Source: Squalus acanthias
Lineage: Eukaryota
Direction: 5' to 3'
DNA: 64,000 nucleotides
NCBI GenBank assembly: GCA_030390025.1
Contig: JASTWF010000345.1
Coordinates: 62,001 to 126,000 of the forward strand
The notes under the pieces are model-generated. The model had not been told where the DNA came from, ran no database searches, and was given only the letters and a program-made list of their open reading frames with translations. A program made the position numbers and the translations under genes. The first letter of the stretch is position 1. Every line of letters starts with the position of its first letter. Below, piece after piece: positions 25,361 through 38,001 of the stretch.

Positions 25361-26254
25361 GGGGGAGAAATTCAGTATTGCCCCATTTGGGGCGCAATTA
25401 TCGGCCGGGCGCAAAGATTAGCGCCTGGCGATAATTATCGCCACCGACTGCAAACTTGACTTTTATCGCCCCTGCAGGTGATTGGAGCGCTAAATCAGAC
25501 ACTTCACACCTGTCTTAAGGCGCAAAGGCCAAGGAGCGAGGCGCTACCTCAGAGCGCTGGCGAAGCTCATGTGATGTCAGTCAGCAATGGAACACAGACA
25601 CAATGGCACGGGCTAGTTCCTAAAGGGGAGGGTTGATCTTGATTTCCATCCACATCCTGCTCATTGCAGCCTTGAATCTCGGCCTGGAGAGACCTGCACA
25701 TCAAATCTGCTGGAAAGAACAATGGAGAGTACCAGGGAAAGAGCTCAGAATGCAGCCCCCATTTGTCTCTTCTAAATCGATACAAGGAAGGGCAAATCAA
25801 AATGAACCTGCAAAGTGCTGCTCAGTACCCAAAACTCCTTCACACACCGTTGAATCTCTCCAGAAGTCTCTCTCTCTCTCTCTCAGAATGCGTGGTTCAA
25901 AAATGTCACCAACAATAAAAGGCAGGAAGCGGTCGCCTTTAAATAGCGCTCCCCCAGTCCCTTCCTGACTGCAAAACGCTCCACTCAAACTGTCGTTGCT
26001 AGCGGCAGGCGGTAAGGCAGGGGGCACCACTCAATATCCGCTCCGGGGCGATACCGGGGCGTTGCGAACTCGACTGACGTCATGATCTGCCAGCGCAGGA
26101 GATGGTGGCGGTAGTGTTTAGTGCTGCCGCAAAATGTCTGGTTAATTTCGCGAGCGGCGCAAACATCGCCGCACCCGGGCGCTAGATGCTTTGCGCCCCA
26201 TTAGCGCCCTCTTAAGGCGCTAACGGGAGGCGCAACCAACTGAATTTTTCCCCC
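25361..26254. mobile_element. Harbinger-type MITE, family E
   Basis: TIR GGGGGAGAAATTCAGT / ACTGAATTTTTCCCCC; TSD ATT; second copy at 53559-54453. Confidence 0.9.
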
Positions 26255-27174
26255 ATTGTGTCTACAACAAAGTAGGTCACAAGATTGTAGAATGATTTTT
26301 GGTGGCTAAAGGGGCGGAGTCAAACCTTTGAAGTTTTGAAATGCAGGATATGACGTAACACATGAAATGTAACCAAGTGGTTTTCTGCCAGTTTTGTAAA
26401 CTTTATGAGTGAATGAACAATTTTGGGCTTTGATAAAGACAACTAATGGGTAGCCACACAGGATGTGTGAGTGTGAAAGTTTGACAGCTCAAACAACTCA
26501 GGAACATTTCACCATTTTTGAATGATTGATTTACTGGAAAAAACGAGGAAAACTGTATAAAAACCACTGACGAAAAATATCAGCACTGCAATCGGAAGGA
26601 GGGGCCTGGTTGATCGTTTCAACTTGAAGAGCTGCAGTCGAAAGGAGGTGGCCTACAATCAACGCTGGACTGATCATCGGCGGGTGGTTGTATGTATGAT
26701 TTCCTGTAACATTATTGGTGGACTGCTCGAATAATGGTTGGGATTTTGAATCTGTCTTAGGAACAATAAAAGGTTAAAGACAGAACCGGTGTGTCTGGCG
26801 TAATTTCTCATAAGTCTCAAGTCCGAACTCTATAACCTGTTGGACGGGGCGAGGGGTAATTCCACACGTCTTACATAAACCACAAACAGGCTTCTTCCCA
26901 TTTGCTTTTCCCCCTTCTAGGACTTACTTGTGAGCCCGATCTGTGTTGGAACTGGTCAAATTTTCCAGGGCCTATGTGGGCAAGTAAGAGCAAACTTGCA
27001 AGTTCATCTTTAATTGGTGCTTAACATGCCAAAAATTGATAACGCAGGGTCCATGTAGTAATATGCATTAATCAGGAATACTCCCTGACAATATTCTAAC
27101 AGCATGGGCAAAAAATGGGTTACATTAATTGATACTATTAACACACCAAATTCTTAAAAATTCAGGCACACTTA

Positions 27175-28954
27175 GGGCTGGATTTTAGCGGGGGGATCCG
27201 TGGGCGCTATCAGTGGTGGGTCGGGTGGGAACGTTTTTTTACCCCAGTGGGTCGGGACCCCGCTGTGAACCCGCCGCCACGCGCCTTTCCCCGATGTCGG
27301 GTCTGTCAGCGCTGAGCAGACCAAACACGCAGCGGTGGGTTCACAGTAGGGGGACCCAATTCAGGTAATTAGTGGCTTGTTTAGAGCCACTTAAGAATGA
27401 ATTTCAGCTCATCTTTTGCATTTGACAGCTCACCCACGGGGTCCACGCTGGTCATGGACCATGTCTGTCAAGCTGAGGTGGGAGGTCAGTGGCCATTGAA
27501 TCAGCTGTTGAGTTGACAGTTTCAAATATACAGTAAAAGCTCCCACCTTACAGAAATATCTTCCCTCAGCCCCAAACTCTTCCTCACTGCATTTCCACAA
27601 CAGATTCACCATGCTGCAAGTCGTTACACAAGTCTCCATCCAGTCTGACCTCATTACCTCTGTCACTATTGACAGATCGCTTCTGTCATCTCTACTTCAC
27701 CTGCCATCTATTCCATCAGCATGGGTGCCACTTATACTCTCTCACCTTGATCCTCAGAAACCCACCACGATCAGTCCCAATACCAGCAGCACCAGGCACA
27801 CCAACAACAACAACAACACCACCAACCTTCGCCACAATCACCTGATGCTGCACAGGACACAGGGCATCAGCACCCAACCACATTGCTGCCCGGGAGGCCA
27901 GGGTTGGCCTCACCATGGCCAGATTTACTTCAATTGACACTGTACACCCTGGCTGCCACATGATGCGCCAGGTTGGCACCACCCCACACCAACATCATAA
28001 AGCATCCCTACAATGCCCAAGCCATTCCTTTCACACTCATCACCATTGCGGGGGGTACTGTTACGTCTCACCATTCATTGCAACTCACTAAACCACTTCC
28101 AAATGTGCACACAACTCTGTCCAAGAACACCAAGTGTTGAAAATAAAGGATTCAATGTTTGACATCACATTAACAGAAACTTTACATGAACATTGGATAA
28201 AACACCTAAGTGCCTGCTCTTGTGTGTTGTTAGGTGGTATGATTGGACTAGGATGAGGGTGAGTGTGAGGGGTGGCTAGTGAGTTGGGGATGTGATAATG
28301 TAGATAGAAAGGGATGAGTGGAGGTGCAAGGTAAGTTGGTGAGTAAGGATGTGCAGGAGTAGGGTAGGGAAGGCAGAGTGATGGGGATGTGATGAGAGGC
28401 ACAGAAGGATGAGGTTGAGTGTGGCTTTGTACTAACATTTTGTGATCTACTGAGATCATTGAAACGTTTGCGGCACTGCACCCAGGTCCTCCTGACCACA
28501 TCCCTGCTTGTGCCCTCTTCTGCAATGTGCAACCAGGCAGTGTTAATCTCCTGGGGAGGCCTGTTCCGCCCATGGAAAGGGAAGAGGGCCTCCCTGTGTG
28601 CTGTGACTCCCTCCATAAGCATATGGAGGGAATTATGGAAGAGCCTGGGTGCAGCCCTGCACCTCTGTGCAGTGATTGTCAGTGTTGCAGCACTTCAATG
28701 CTGTAAAACACTGACAGCACAACTGTCAAAATAAATTTGGACTTGGTCCCTTTAAGGAAACCAGTTGATGACACGTCATCAAATGACGTCACCAGACTCG
28801 CTTCCTCTAATTGGCCGGGAAATGCGCTGGGCGGGCTTAACAAGCCCAATCAAGCAAATTCATTTCAGAGGCTGGGATGGAGCCAGCAGCGGGGTCAGGA
28901 ACCGCCACCGACGTCGCCCGCCATGGTCCCGCCGAGGTTAGTAAAATCGCGGCC
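27175..28954 (+). mobile_element. Internally deleted Harbinger derivative (H3)
   Basis: Imperfect TIR GGGCTGGATTTT / AAAATCGCGGCC; transposase N-terminus (ATG 27721) joined to its C-terminus (AAREARVGLTMARFT); Myb exon 1 on minus. Confidence 0.85.
28437..28675 (-). pseudogene. Myb/SANT exon 1 retained in H3
   Basis: RAAPRL..LMEGVTAHREALFP..AWLHIAEE..RRTWVQCRKRFNDL followed by GTTAGT donor. Confidence 0.85.
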
Positions 28955-29752
28955 TATGTGCTCACTTGAGCTCGAAAGCACAGAGGAATTTTTCCTCCCA
29001 ACACTGGTGGTTTTATTCCTGGAGGTTTCTTCACATGCCCTCCCGCCTCGAACCACCTTTCCCCCACACTCTTGCCAGTGGTCCATCCTCCAGGGGCGCG
29101 GCCTTCCCATGCCAATAGGAAAGGAACAGACTCTTTTTGATACCCAATTGGATTAATCTTGACTTAGTGAAACCGCCTTTTTTCCCCATCTACAATATTT
29201 TTATAACTAATAACAGAAAATGTTGAGAGAAAATGAAAAAAAAAACAATTTCGATTAATGCCCCCTATGATTGTTCTCCTGCTTTGCTTGCAGCAGTGTG
29301 TGGAGATTAATCTTCAATTCCTAGAGACTTCAGGACAATCCTGGAAGTTTGGCAATCCCACCAACACCCTCGGCTCTCCCACCACCCATGCTCAATCTTA
29401 AATCTGGAATGGTCTTGATAAAAATCAATCTATATTGTGTTAAAACAGGAAGGAGCATGACCAAATGGCTGTAGCTAGAGCCTAATGTTGGCCAGTTGAG
29501 TAAATGTGTTCTTGATGTTCCAAGGGCTAATTTCTAACTTCTCTGCATTGGTTCAATGACGCTCTAATCTAAACCACATGCATCATTGTCATCTTCTTAG
29601 GGTTCAAGGGCAGATTTAAAACAGACTGCACATTTACAAAAAAGATTGCAGCTGTGTGTTACCTGAAGGTGGGCTGCAAATTTGTATCCCACCCATATAA
29701 GCTAAAGAGATAAAGCTTGCTGAGAGTAAACTTTGGAAGTTTCTTCAATATT

Positions 29753-32409
29753 GGGCCGAATTTTGCAGTCAGCGGTGGTTCATTATGCTTGTACTTGCCC
29801 ATAGACTTTCTATGGTATTTTGCACTGGAAGTTCCAGTCAGCCAACTATCCACAAAGTGCAGCCCCTTTACAGGGCATCTGGGACCTGTGTGACCAGGGC
29901 AAGCAACTGTGTATCTCCTTAACCAATCAGATTGAAGAATCGTTACTGAGCAGCGCAGATTCTGAACCAGGAAGTGTCAGTTAGAATATTTAATTCAATG
30001 TCAAATCAGGTACAGAAAGTGAAATGAAGAGAGGGAAATAAAGATTGGATTAAGAGAGAGAGTTTGCAACCATCTTCAGCCAGAAATGCCGAGTAAAGGG
30101 AGTAAATCTCCCTCTTCATTGCCCCATCAAACACTTCCAGGGCAGGTACAGCAGAGGTTTGATACAGTTTAACGCTCCTTATACACTTACTCATCAAACA
30201 CTACCAAGGCAGCACAGCATGCGTTATATAAAGAGTAAAGCTCCATCTAAAGTGTCCCATCCAACAATCCAATGGCAGGTACAACATCATCAGTGGATGA
30301 TCCATATCGGCCTACTCCCGAGGTCGCCACCATCACAGAAGCCAGTCTTCAGCCAATTCGATTCACTCCACGTGATATCAAGAAACGGCTGAGCACACTG
30401 GATGCAGCAAAGGCTATGGGCCCTGACAACATCCCGGCTATCATGTTGAAGACTTGGGCTCCAGAACTAGCCGCGCCTCTAGCTAAGCTGTTCCAGTACA
30501 GCTACAACACTGGCATCTATCCGACAATGTGGAAAACTGCCCAGGTATGTCCTGTCCACAAAAAGTAGGACAAATCCAACCCGGCCAATTACCGCCCCAT
30601 CAGTCTACTCTCAATCATCAGCAAAGTGATGGAAGGTGTCATCGACAGTGCTATCAAGCGGCACTTACCAATAACCTGCTCACTGCTGTCCAGATTGGGT
30701 TCCGCCAAAACCACTCGGCTCCTGATCTCATTACAGCCTTGGTCCAAACATGGACAAAGGAGCTGAATTCCAGAGGTGAGGTGAGAGTGATTGCCTTTGA
30801 CATCAAGGCAGCATTTGACCGAGTGTGGCATCAAGGAGCCCTCGTAAAACTGAAGTCAATGGGAATCGGGGGGGAAAACGCTCCACTGGCTGGAGTCTTA
30901 CCTAGCACAAAGGAAGATGGTTGTGGTGATTGAAGGTCAATCACCACAACCCCAGGACATCGCTGCAGGAGTTCCTCAGGGCAGTGTCCTAGGTCCAACC
31001 ATCTTCAGCTGCTTCATCAATGACCTTCCCTCCAACATAAAGTCAGAAATGGGGATGTTCGCTGATGACTCTACAGCGTTCAGCGCCATTCACAACTCCT
31101 CAGATAATGAAGCAGTCCATGCCCGCATGCAACAAAACCTGGACGATGTTCAGGTGGCAGGTAACATTCGCGCCACAGAAGTGCCAGGCAATTACTATCT
31201 CCAACAAGTGAGAGTCTAACCACCGCCCCTTGACATTCAACGGCATTACCATCACCAAATCCCCCACCATCAACATCCTGGGGGTCACCATTGACCAGAA
31301 ACTTAACTGGACCAGCCACATAAATACTGTGGTAACAAGAGCAGGTCAGAGGCTAGGTATTCTGCGGCGAGTGTCTTTACCTCCTGACTCCCCAAAGCCT
31401 TTCCACCATCTACAAGTCACAAGTCAGGAGTGTAATGGAATACTCTCCACTTGCCTGGATGAGTGCAGCTGCAACAACACTCAAGAAGCTCGACACCATC
31501 CAGGGCAAAGCAGCCCGTTTGATTGGCACCCCATCCACCACCTTAAACATTCACTCCCTCCACCACCGGCGTACTGTGGCTGCAGTGTGTACCATCTACA
31601 AGATGCACTGCAGCAACTCGCCAAGGTTTCTTCGGCAGCACCTCCCAAACCCGCAACCTCTTCCACCTAGAAGGACAAGGGCAGCAGGCACATGGGAACA
31701 CCACCACCTCCAAGTTCCCATCCAAGTCACACACTATGCTGACTTAGAAGTAAATCGCTGATCCTTCATCATCACTGGGTCAAAATCCTGGAACTCCCTA
31801 CCGAACAGCACTGTGGGAGTACCTTCACCACACGGACTGCAGCGGTTCAAGAAGGCGGCTCACCACCACCTTCTCAAGGGCAACTAGGGATGGGCAATAA
31901 ATGCTGGCCTTGCCAGCGACACCCAGATCCCATAAGCGAATAAAAAAAGGATAAACAAGACAGAATGAAAAAGTAAAAAGAAATAATTTTTATTTAAATA
32001 TTTTTCTCATTTTAATTCTCCAACAATAATTAAAATTGGAAGGAATGAGACTGCACACTTGTTAAAATTAATTTTCAGTGCCAAAGAGTTTGTTTGGCAG
32101 TAATTGAGACTTATCACGCTGTTAAAAGGGTACTTACACTGGAATGGACAAGCCCTAACCTTTTCTGGTGTGCTTAGTTCCTATCTATGAGGTAGGAGTA
32201 GCAACTTCACGCAGTTCCATGCATTTCAATGGCGAGTCTCTCAGCAAGATACCATTATAGCACAGCTTCTGGGGGAGCAGGGCATCTCGGACAGCAACTT
32301 CCTGATTTATGCATTTAACTGCGCATATGCGATCGCTGGAAGTTGCTGTATGATTTACACATTAATAACGCTGTTAGCCTCACCATTATATTTACTGCAA
32401 AATCTGGCC
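29753..32409. mobile_element. Non-autonomous Harbinger-type element (family I) interrupted by a LINE
   Basis: Termini GGGCCGAATTTTGCAGT / ACTGCAAAATCTGGCC; interior resumes after 31948; related to 35940-36662. Confidence 0.65.
30061..31948 (+). mobile_element. 5'-truncated copy of the tRNA-headed LINE family (RT and 3' end), with a minisatellite-like insert at about 30095-30291
   Basis: [44 protein letters not shown]; collinear with the reverse complement of 44138-45795. Confidence 0.92.
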
Positions 32410-32683
32410 TGGTATCTTTTTTCTGACCTGCTTTTAGAGTACTACGAATGGAAATGCTGGAAATGCACATCATCTGAAAAGAGAAATTTTGTTTTTGCTT
32501 CAGACCCTTCCTCAGAACTGGAAGATAATCAGCCCTGTTAACTATTAACTGGACAAAATTAAGGGGGGAGAGCACTAGGTAAAGGTCAAGTATTGGGATT
32601 GCTGAGTCCTATCAGAGAGAGGCAATTTATTGGTTAAAAGGTAAGCAAACAGTTATATATTTTTTAAAAGATGTGAAGAAGTA

Positions 32684-32870
32684 AAATAAAAATAGAAAAT
32701 GCTGGATACACTCAGCAAGTCAGGCAGCATCTGTGGAGAGAGAAACAGCCTGCAACATATCTCTCCTCCATACTGTTTCTCTCTCCACAGATGTTACCTG
32801 ACCTGCTGAGTGTTTCCAGCATTTTTTGTTTTTATTTCAGATTTCCAACATCCGCAGTATTTTGCTTTTG
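32684..32870. mobile_element. Inverted pair of Penelope pLTR fragments
   Basis: About 65-bp imperfect arms (32684-32748 / 32773-32838) matching pLTR sequence at 42633-42697. Confidence 0.75.
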
Positions 32871-32960
32871 TGGAAAGAAAGAAATACTGGCAGATACTAT
32901 ACAAGAATCGGTTCCTTAGATCTTTTTGCTTTAAAGTGCACAATGGACAGATTTCACATG

Positions 32961-33245
32961 TTGTCAGGCCTTGTTCAGTGATAGCACTCTAGCCTCTGAG
33001 TCACTTGGTTCAAGTCCCACTCCTGATACTTGAGTACAAATTCTAGGCTGACTCTCCAGTGCAGTACCGAGGGAGCGCTGCACTGTCGGAGGTGCCAACT
33101 TTCGAATGAGACGTTAAACCAAAGTTCCATCTGCTCTCTCAGGTGGACATAAAAGATTCCATGGCACTATTTTGTAGAAGCGTAGGGGAGTTCTCCCCGG
33201 TGTCCTGGCCAATATTTATCCCTCAACCAACATCACTAAAACATA
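32961..33245 (+). mobile_element. DeuSINE-like SINE, 5' two-thirds
   Basis: B box GGTTCAAGTCC; matches 1-220. Confidence 0.8.
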
Positions 33246-34090
33246 GGGCTGGATTTTCTCAGTGGGGACGCGTTGGGGGCGGAACTGCTGGTTGTCGGGT
33301 TTCAGTCCCGCCCCCAATGATGTCCGGCCAACCCACGCTATTTTCCCTTGATTGACCTTGTTAAGCCTGCCCTGCGGGCTTAGCCGGCCAATTAAGGGAA
33401 AGCCGGTGACAGAGGACGTCAGCGTATGATGTTTCATCTATCAAAAATGTTTTGACAGATGAATTGTCAGCATTTGACAGCTTTGAGAAGCTGTCAAACA
33501 CTGACAATCTCTGTTCTAAGGTGAGCCCTTGCACAGAGGCTCACCAAACCTCTTTCCTCAGCAGAAATCAGATGGCTGCTGCATCTGAGAATGCAGCAGT
33601 CATTCTGTCATCTCTGCCGTTGAGATGAGGCACCTCCGGATCCCCAAGGGTTGAAGTCTGCAGGAAGAAGCAAAGGTAAGTAAACTTTTTCTAACACTTT
33701 ACACTCACCTCTCATACTTACCTCTCCACACTTGCACCTATCACTCACCTCCACAGCGGACTTTTCGATCCCTCTCACCCCCACAGACCCACTGCTCGCC
33801 TCGCTGACCCTGGCGAGGTTCGCAGCCATCAGGAAGTCCGCACTTGCAGGGGTAAAATGGGGATAAGCCTCTTAACTGCCTGTTAACTACCTGTTAATAG
33901 GCAGTTAATTGGCTGTAATCCCCTTCCCGCCTCGAGGAGACGGATCCCAGCGCGAATCGGGGACTTGCCTCCCGGGAAGATGGCATGGAGGCGGGTTGGG
34001 AGCGGGTTCGGTACCCACTCCCAGTTTCTGCCATTTTCCCGGCAGTCCCGCCTCCATACCCGCCTCCCCAGGGCTGGCAAGATCGGGCCC
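33246..34090 (+). mobile_element. Harbinger-type MITE, family A, complete
   Basis: TIR GGGCTGGATTTT / AAGATCGGGCCC; TSD ATA; right 150 bp similar to the left end of H1. Confidence 0.88.
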
Positions 34091-34221
34091 ATAGAGTCAC
34101 AACATAGCACGAGTCAGCATCGTAAACAACAACTTGCCTTTCTGCGGCGTCTTTAATGTAGTAATTGTCCCAAGGTGCTTCATAGATGGGATGCAGACAC
34201 CAAGCAGTAGTAGGTAGTAGC

Positions 34222-34876
34222 ACTTAACAGGTAGTTAACAGGCAGAAAATAGGATTATCACCATTTTGCCCACACAAGTGCGGACTTCCCGAAGGCTCCG
34301 AACCCCGCCAGGGTCACCGAGGCGAGTAGTGTGTCTGCGGGGGTCGGAGGGGTGCAAAAGTGTACTGTGGAGGTAAGTGATGGGTGCAAGTGTGGAGAGG
34401 TGAGTATCTGAGGTAAGTGCAAAGTGTTAGAAAAAGTATACTTACCTTTGTTTCTTCCTGCAGGCTTCAGTCAGTGGGTATGCGGAGAGTCTCGCATCTC
34501 CACGGTAGAGATGACAGATGGCTGTTGCATTCTCCAATGCAACAACCATCTCATTTCTGCAAAAGAAAGAGGTTTCATGAGGTCTGGAATTCAAGATCTC
34601 ATCAAACTACAGAGAATGTCAGTGTTTGACAGCTTCACAGAGCTGTCAAACAATGACAATTCATCTGTCAAAAATTTTTGACAGATGAAACGTCATACGT
34701 TGACGTTCTCTGCAACCGGCTTTCCCTTAATTGGCCTGCTAAACCCGCTGGGCGGGCTTAACAAGGTCAATCAAGGTAAAATAGCGTGGGTTGGCCAGAA
34801 GTCGATGGAGTCGGGATTAAAACCCGACAAGTGGGAGTCCCGCCTCCAAAAGCTCCCCATTGGCAAAATCACCCCC
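34222..34876 (-). mobile_element. Family A MITE, inverted, partial
   Basis: Reverse complement of 33246-33900; ends GCAAAATCACCCCC. Confidence 0.85.
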
Positions 34877-34894
34877 AATATATGCTCTATCCTA

Positions 34895-35213
34895 TAATAG
34901 CTCATCCAAGGTGTCACTTCATTTGTGAGCCCAGACAGTGTATGTTCACAAGCTGTTCAGGAGGTATCACATCAGAGCTGGATCCTGTTTTACTCAATGT
35001 CCACACGTGTGCAGTTCCTGGCAGGAGTCATTGGATAGTTGGAGTAGGAGCTCCAGCAGATTTCTCTCCTTCTTCCCCACGTAAGTTGAGGTCTACCACC
35101 ATCCTGCTGATATCAACAAATTCAAAAACAGACTGGGAATCAAACCTGGGACCTTGCTGGTCTGTATGGCTCAGTTTCACTTTAGGCAGTACATTTATCG
35201 ACTGAGCCACTGG
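34895..35213 (-). mobile_element. tRNA-derived SINE (second family)
   Basis: Minus-strand TGGCTCAGTCGA A box and GGTTTGATTCC B box; a related body occurs at about 50305-50545 (+). Confidence 0.6.
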
Positions 35214-35939
35214 GAACATCGTGGAGATCAGGATATCAGTATGTCAACTTTGGGAGCAATGTGTATAGTAAGCAAAGGGTGGGCACAAGTCTCTGACTAG
35301 GATTGCTTATTTAAACTAATTCTTGGTCAAAGTTTCCTTTTCAGTGCACATGTGTAACAAATAGAACTTTTCACCTTTTTTGTGATGTTCATGTATATTT
35401 TTAGTGTATTCTAAATGGTTACCGCAGTTGAACATTTTCATGTCTATTTATGCATTCCAGAAAGTGAACTTAAAAACAACCAGCAGAAAAAGAGTTAATA
35501 TAAGAGCAGGTGATTCTGGTGTCATTATTTAAGTTGGGAGGTAGATCCTGAATTGAAACATGTTTATTTATGCAAAACCTTTTAGTAAGACAAACTATTG
35601 TTCCAGAGATATTTGGTAAAGGAGGAAAGATGCAAATTGTTTTCACCTGTTCTTAAGTTTTATAATTCTTGGTCCTCCTTATAAAAACCCACATCCTAAA
35701 CAGAAGAGACAGTCTGTCCATTTGATCTTGAACCTGAGAGTTCTGCCGTTCTCTTGATGAAACCACCGGTATGGCTGAATAAAACAAGGGCTTTAACTAC
35801 GCCCCGGCTGACTTGGTGCCTGAGGGAGAGGCAGAGACAGAGACAGCGAGAGAGAGGAAGAGGGAGAAAAGGAAGGTAAGAAAACGGCTGCAGAACTTGC
35901 GGTCCTGATGACTGTGAACTGGCAGCGTTCGCTGTCATT

Positions 35940-36662
35940 TCACCTTTGAAACTGACGGCAACTTCAGGACTTAGCGCATGTGCAGCCTAACACGGAAATC
36001 CTGAAGTTGCGGTCTGTCATTCACTACTCCTCCACAGGCTGCACTGCGCCCCTCCAACACCACCACCACAGAGCCGGAAATCAGTAAAATCTCTCAAATC
36101 ATGGAAACAGACATAAACTTTGCCTCTTCTGTGGTAATACCGCTGTTAAATACCCCATTAAAGGTTAAACCCTTTTGGATTAGGTGTAACAGCATGTTGC
36201 CTGCTAAACAATGGTTATGGGTCTGAAAAACTCATTTTAATTTTGTGCAGTGTCAAATTTATCCATTTTAATAAAAATTAAAGATTTTAAGAAACTTTAA
36301 AAAAAATGCTTACGTTCTTTTTAAAAGTTTGTTCATCATTACTTCAGGTTTGTCTTTTCCCCATGAGAGCACCAATCTTTGTTTAGCTCTCTCTAACATT
36401 TTTAAAAAGTTAGAATTTTAAGAGCTTACCCACTTCCTTGTTCGCTGTCTGTGAAAATTCTGCATTTTGATTGGCTGCTTAGACAGCTTGTTGCCATCAC
36501 AGCAGCTTGCACTATGGGATGCCCACTGTACTACGTTGATTTGAATTACACGTCGGAAAACCCAAACTTTTCGACACAGGGATCGCGAGATCTTTGTGCG
36601 AAGCTTACTTCAGGGCCAGCGGCGAACGCCTTTGCTTCGCTGCTGACCGCAAATTCCGGGCC
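35940..36662. mobile_element. Family I-related non-autonomous element, inverted
   Basis: Ends GCTGACCGCAAATTCCGGGCC (mirror of 29753-29773); GCAACTTC..GAAGTTGC hairpin shared with 32294-32347. Confidence 0.6.
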
Positions 36663-37099
36663 AATGTAAAATATCCTCGTAGAAATGCTTAATTTTTTAG
36701 TGGAAAGTGGAAGTGCCTTCTCTTCCCTGTGACTCTGGCACAAATGAATGCTTGTAGATTCACTGTTTCTTGGATTTTCTGACTCAGCTGACAGCAGATG
36801 ATTTGATTTCTTGTATAACCATTATAATTTGATGAATGCTGCGATAAATATGAGTGGATACTTCTATTACTACCAGGTTCAGAGGAGAATTTCAATCATC
36901 ATTGCAAATAGTTTTGCAGCCAGAGAGGCCACATAACCCCTATCTGGGAAATAACCAAGAGAAATCCTGCTTACCTAGCCATCAATCAGCCACCTTGAGT
37001 GTCTGGGAGTATCAGACTGACTGGACCTTCAGCATCAATCTTGACAATAATAATGGGTTTACAGGTTGCCTGCACAGTAATAGATAAAAGAATGTAAGT

Positions 37100-38001
37100 T
37101 GTGAGGAATGTAAGTTGTGAGGAGGATGCAAAGAGGCTTCAAGGGGATATAGACAAGCTCAGTGAGTGGGCAAGAACATGGCAAATGGAATATAATGTGA
37201 AGAAATGTGAAGTTATCCACTTCGGTAGGAAAAATAGAAAAGCAGAGTATTTTTTAAATGGTGAGAGAGTGGGAAATGTTGTCGTTCAGAGGGACCTGGG
37301 TGTCCTTGTACACGAATCACTGAAAGTTAACATGCAGGTACAACAAGCAATTAGGAAAGCAAATGGCCTTTATTACAAGAGGATTTGAGTATAAGAGTAA
37401 AGACGTCTTACTGCAACTATATAGAGCCTGGTGAGACCACACCTGGGGTATTGTGTACAGTTTTGGTCTCCTTACCTAAGGAAGGGTATACATGCCATAG
37501 AGGGAGTGCAACAAAGGTTCACCAGACTGATTCCTGGGATGGGGGGATTGTCCTATGAGGAGAGATTGAGTAGACTAGGCCTATATTCTCTAGAGTTTAG
37601 AAGAATGAGAGGTGATCTCATTGAAACATACAAATTTCTTACAGGGCTTGACAGGGTAGATGCAGGGAGGATGTTTCCCCTGGCTGGGGAGTCTCGAACC
37701 AGGGGTCATAGTTTCAGAATAAGGGGTAAGCCATTTAGGACTGAGATGAAAAGAAATTTCTTCACTCAGAGGGTGGTGAATCTTTGGAATTCTCTACCCC
37801 AGTGGGCTGTGGGGGCTCAGTCGTTGAGTATATTCAAGACAGAGATTGATAGATCTTTGGATATTAAGGGAACCAAGGGATATGGGGATAGTGCAGGAAA
37901 GTGGAGATGAGGTAGAAGATCAGCCATGATCTTATTGAATGGTGGAGCAGGCTCAAAGGGCCAAATGGCCTACTCCTGCTCCTATTTCTTATGTTCTTAT
38001 G
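37100..38001 (+). mobile_element. CR1 LINE 3' part
   Basis: [35 protein letters not shown] tail. Confidence 0.93.

Noticed and set aside
35700..35885. Possible exon ending AAG|GTAAGA
   Set aside because: No recognisable protein, GA-rich low complexity, no partner exons
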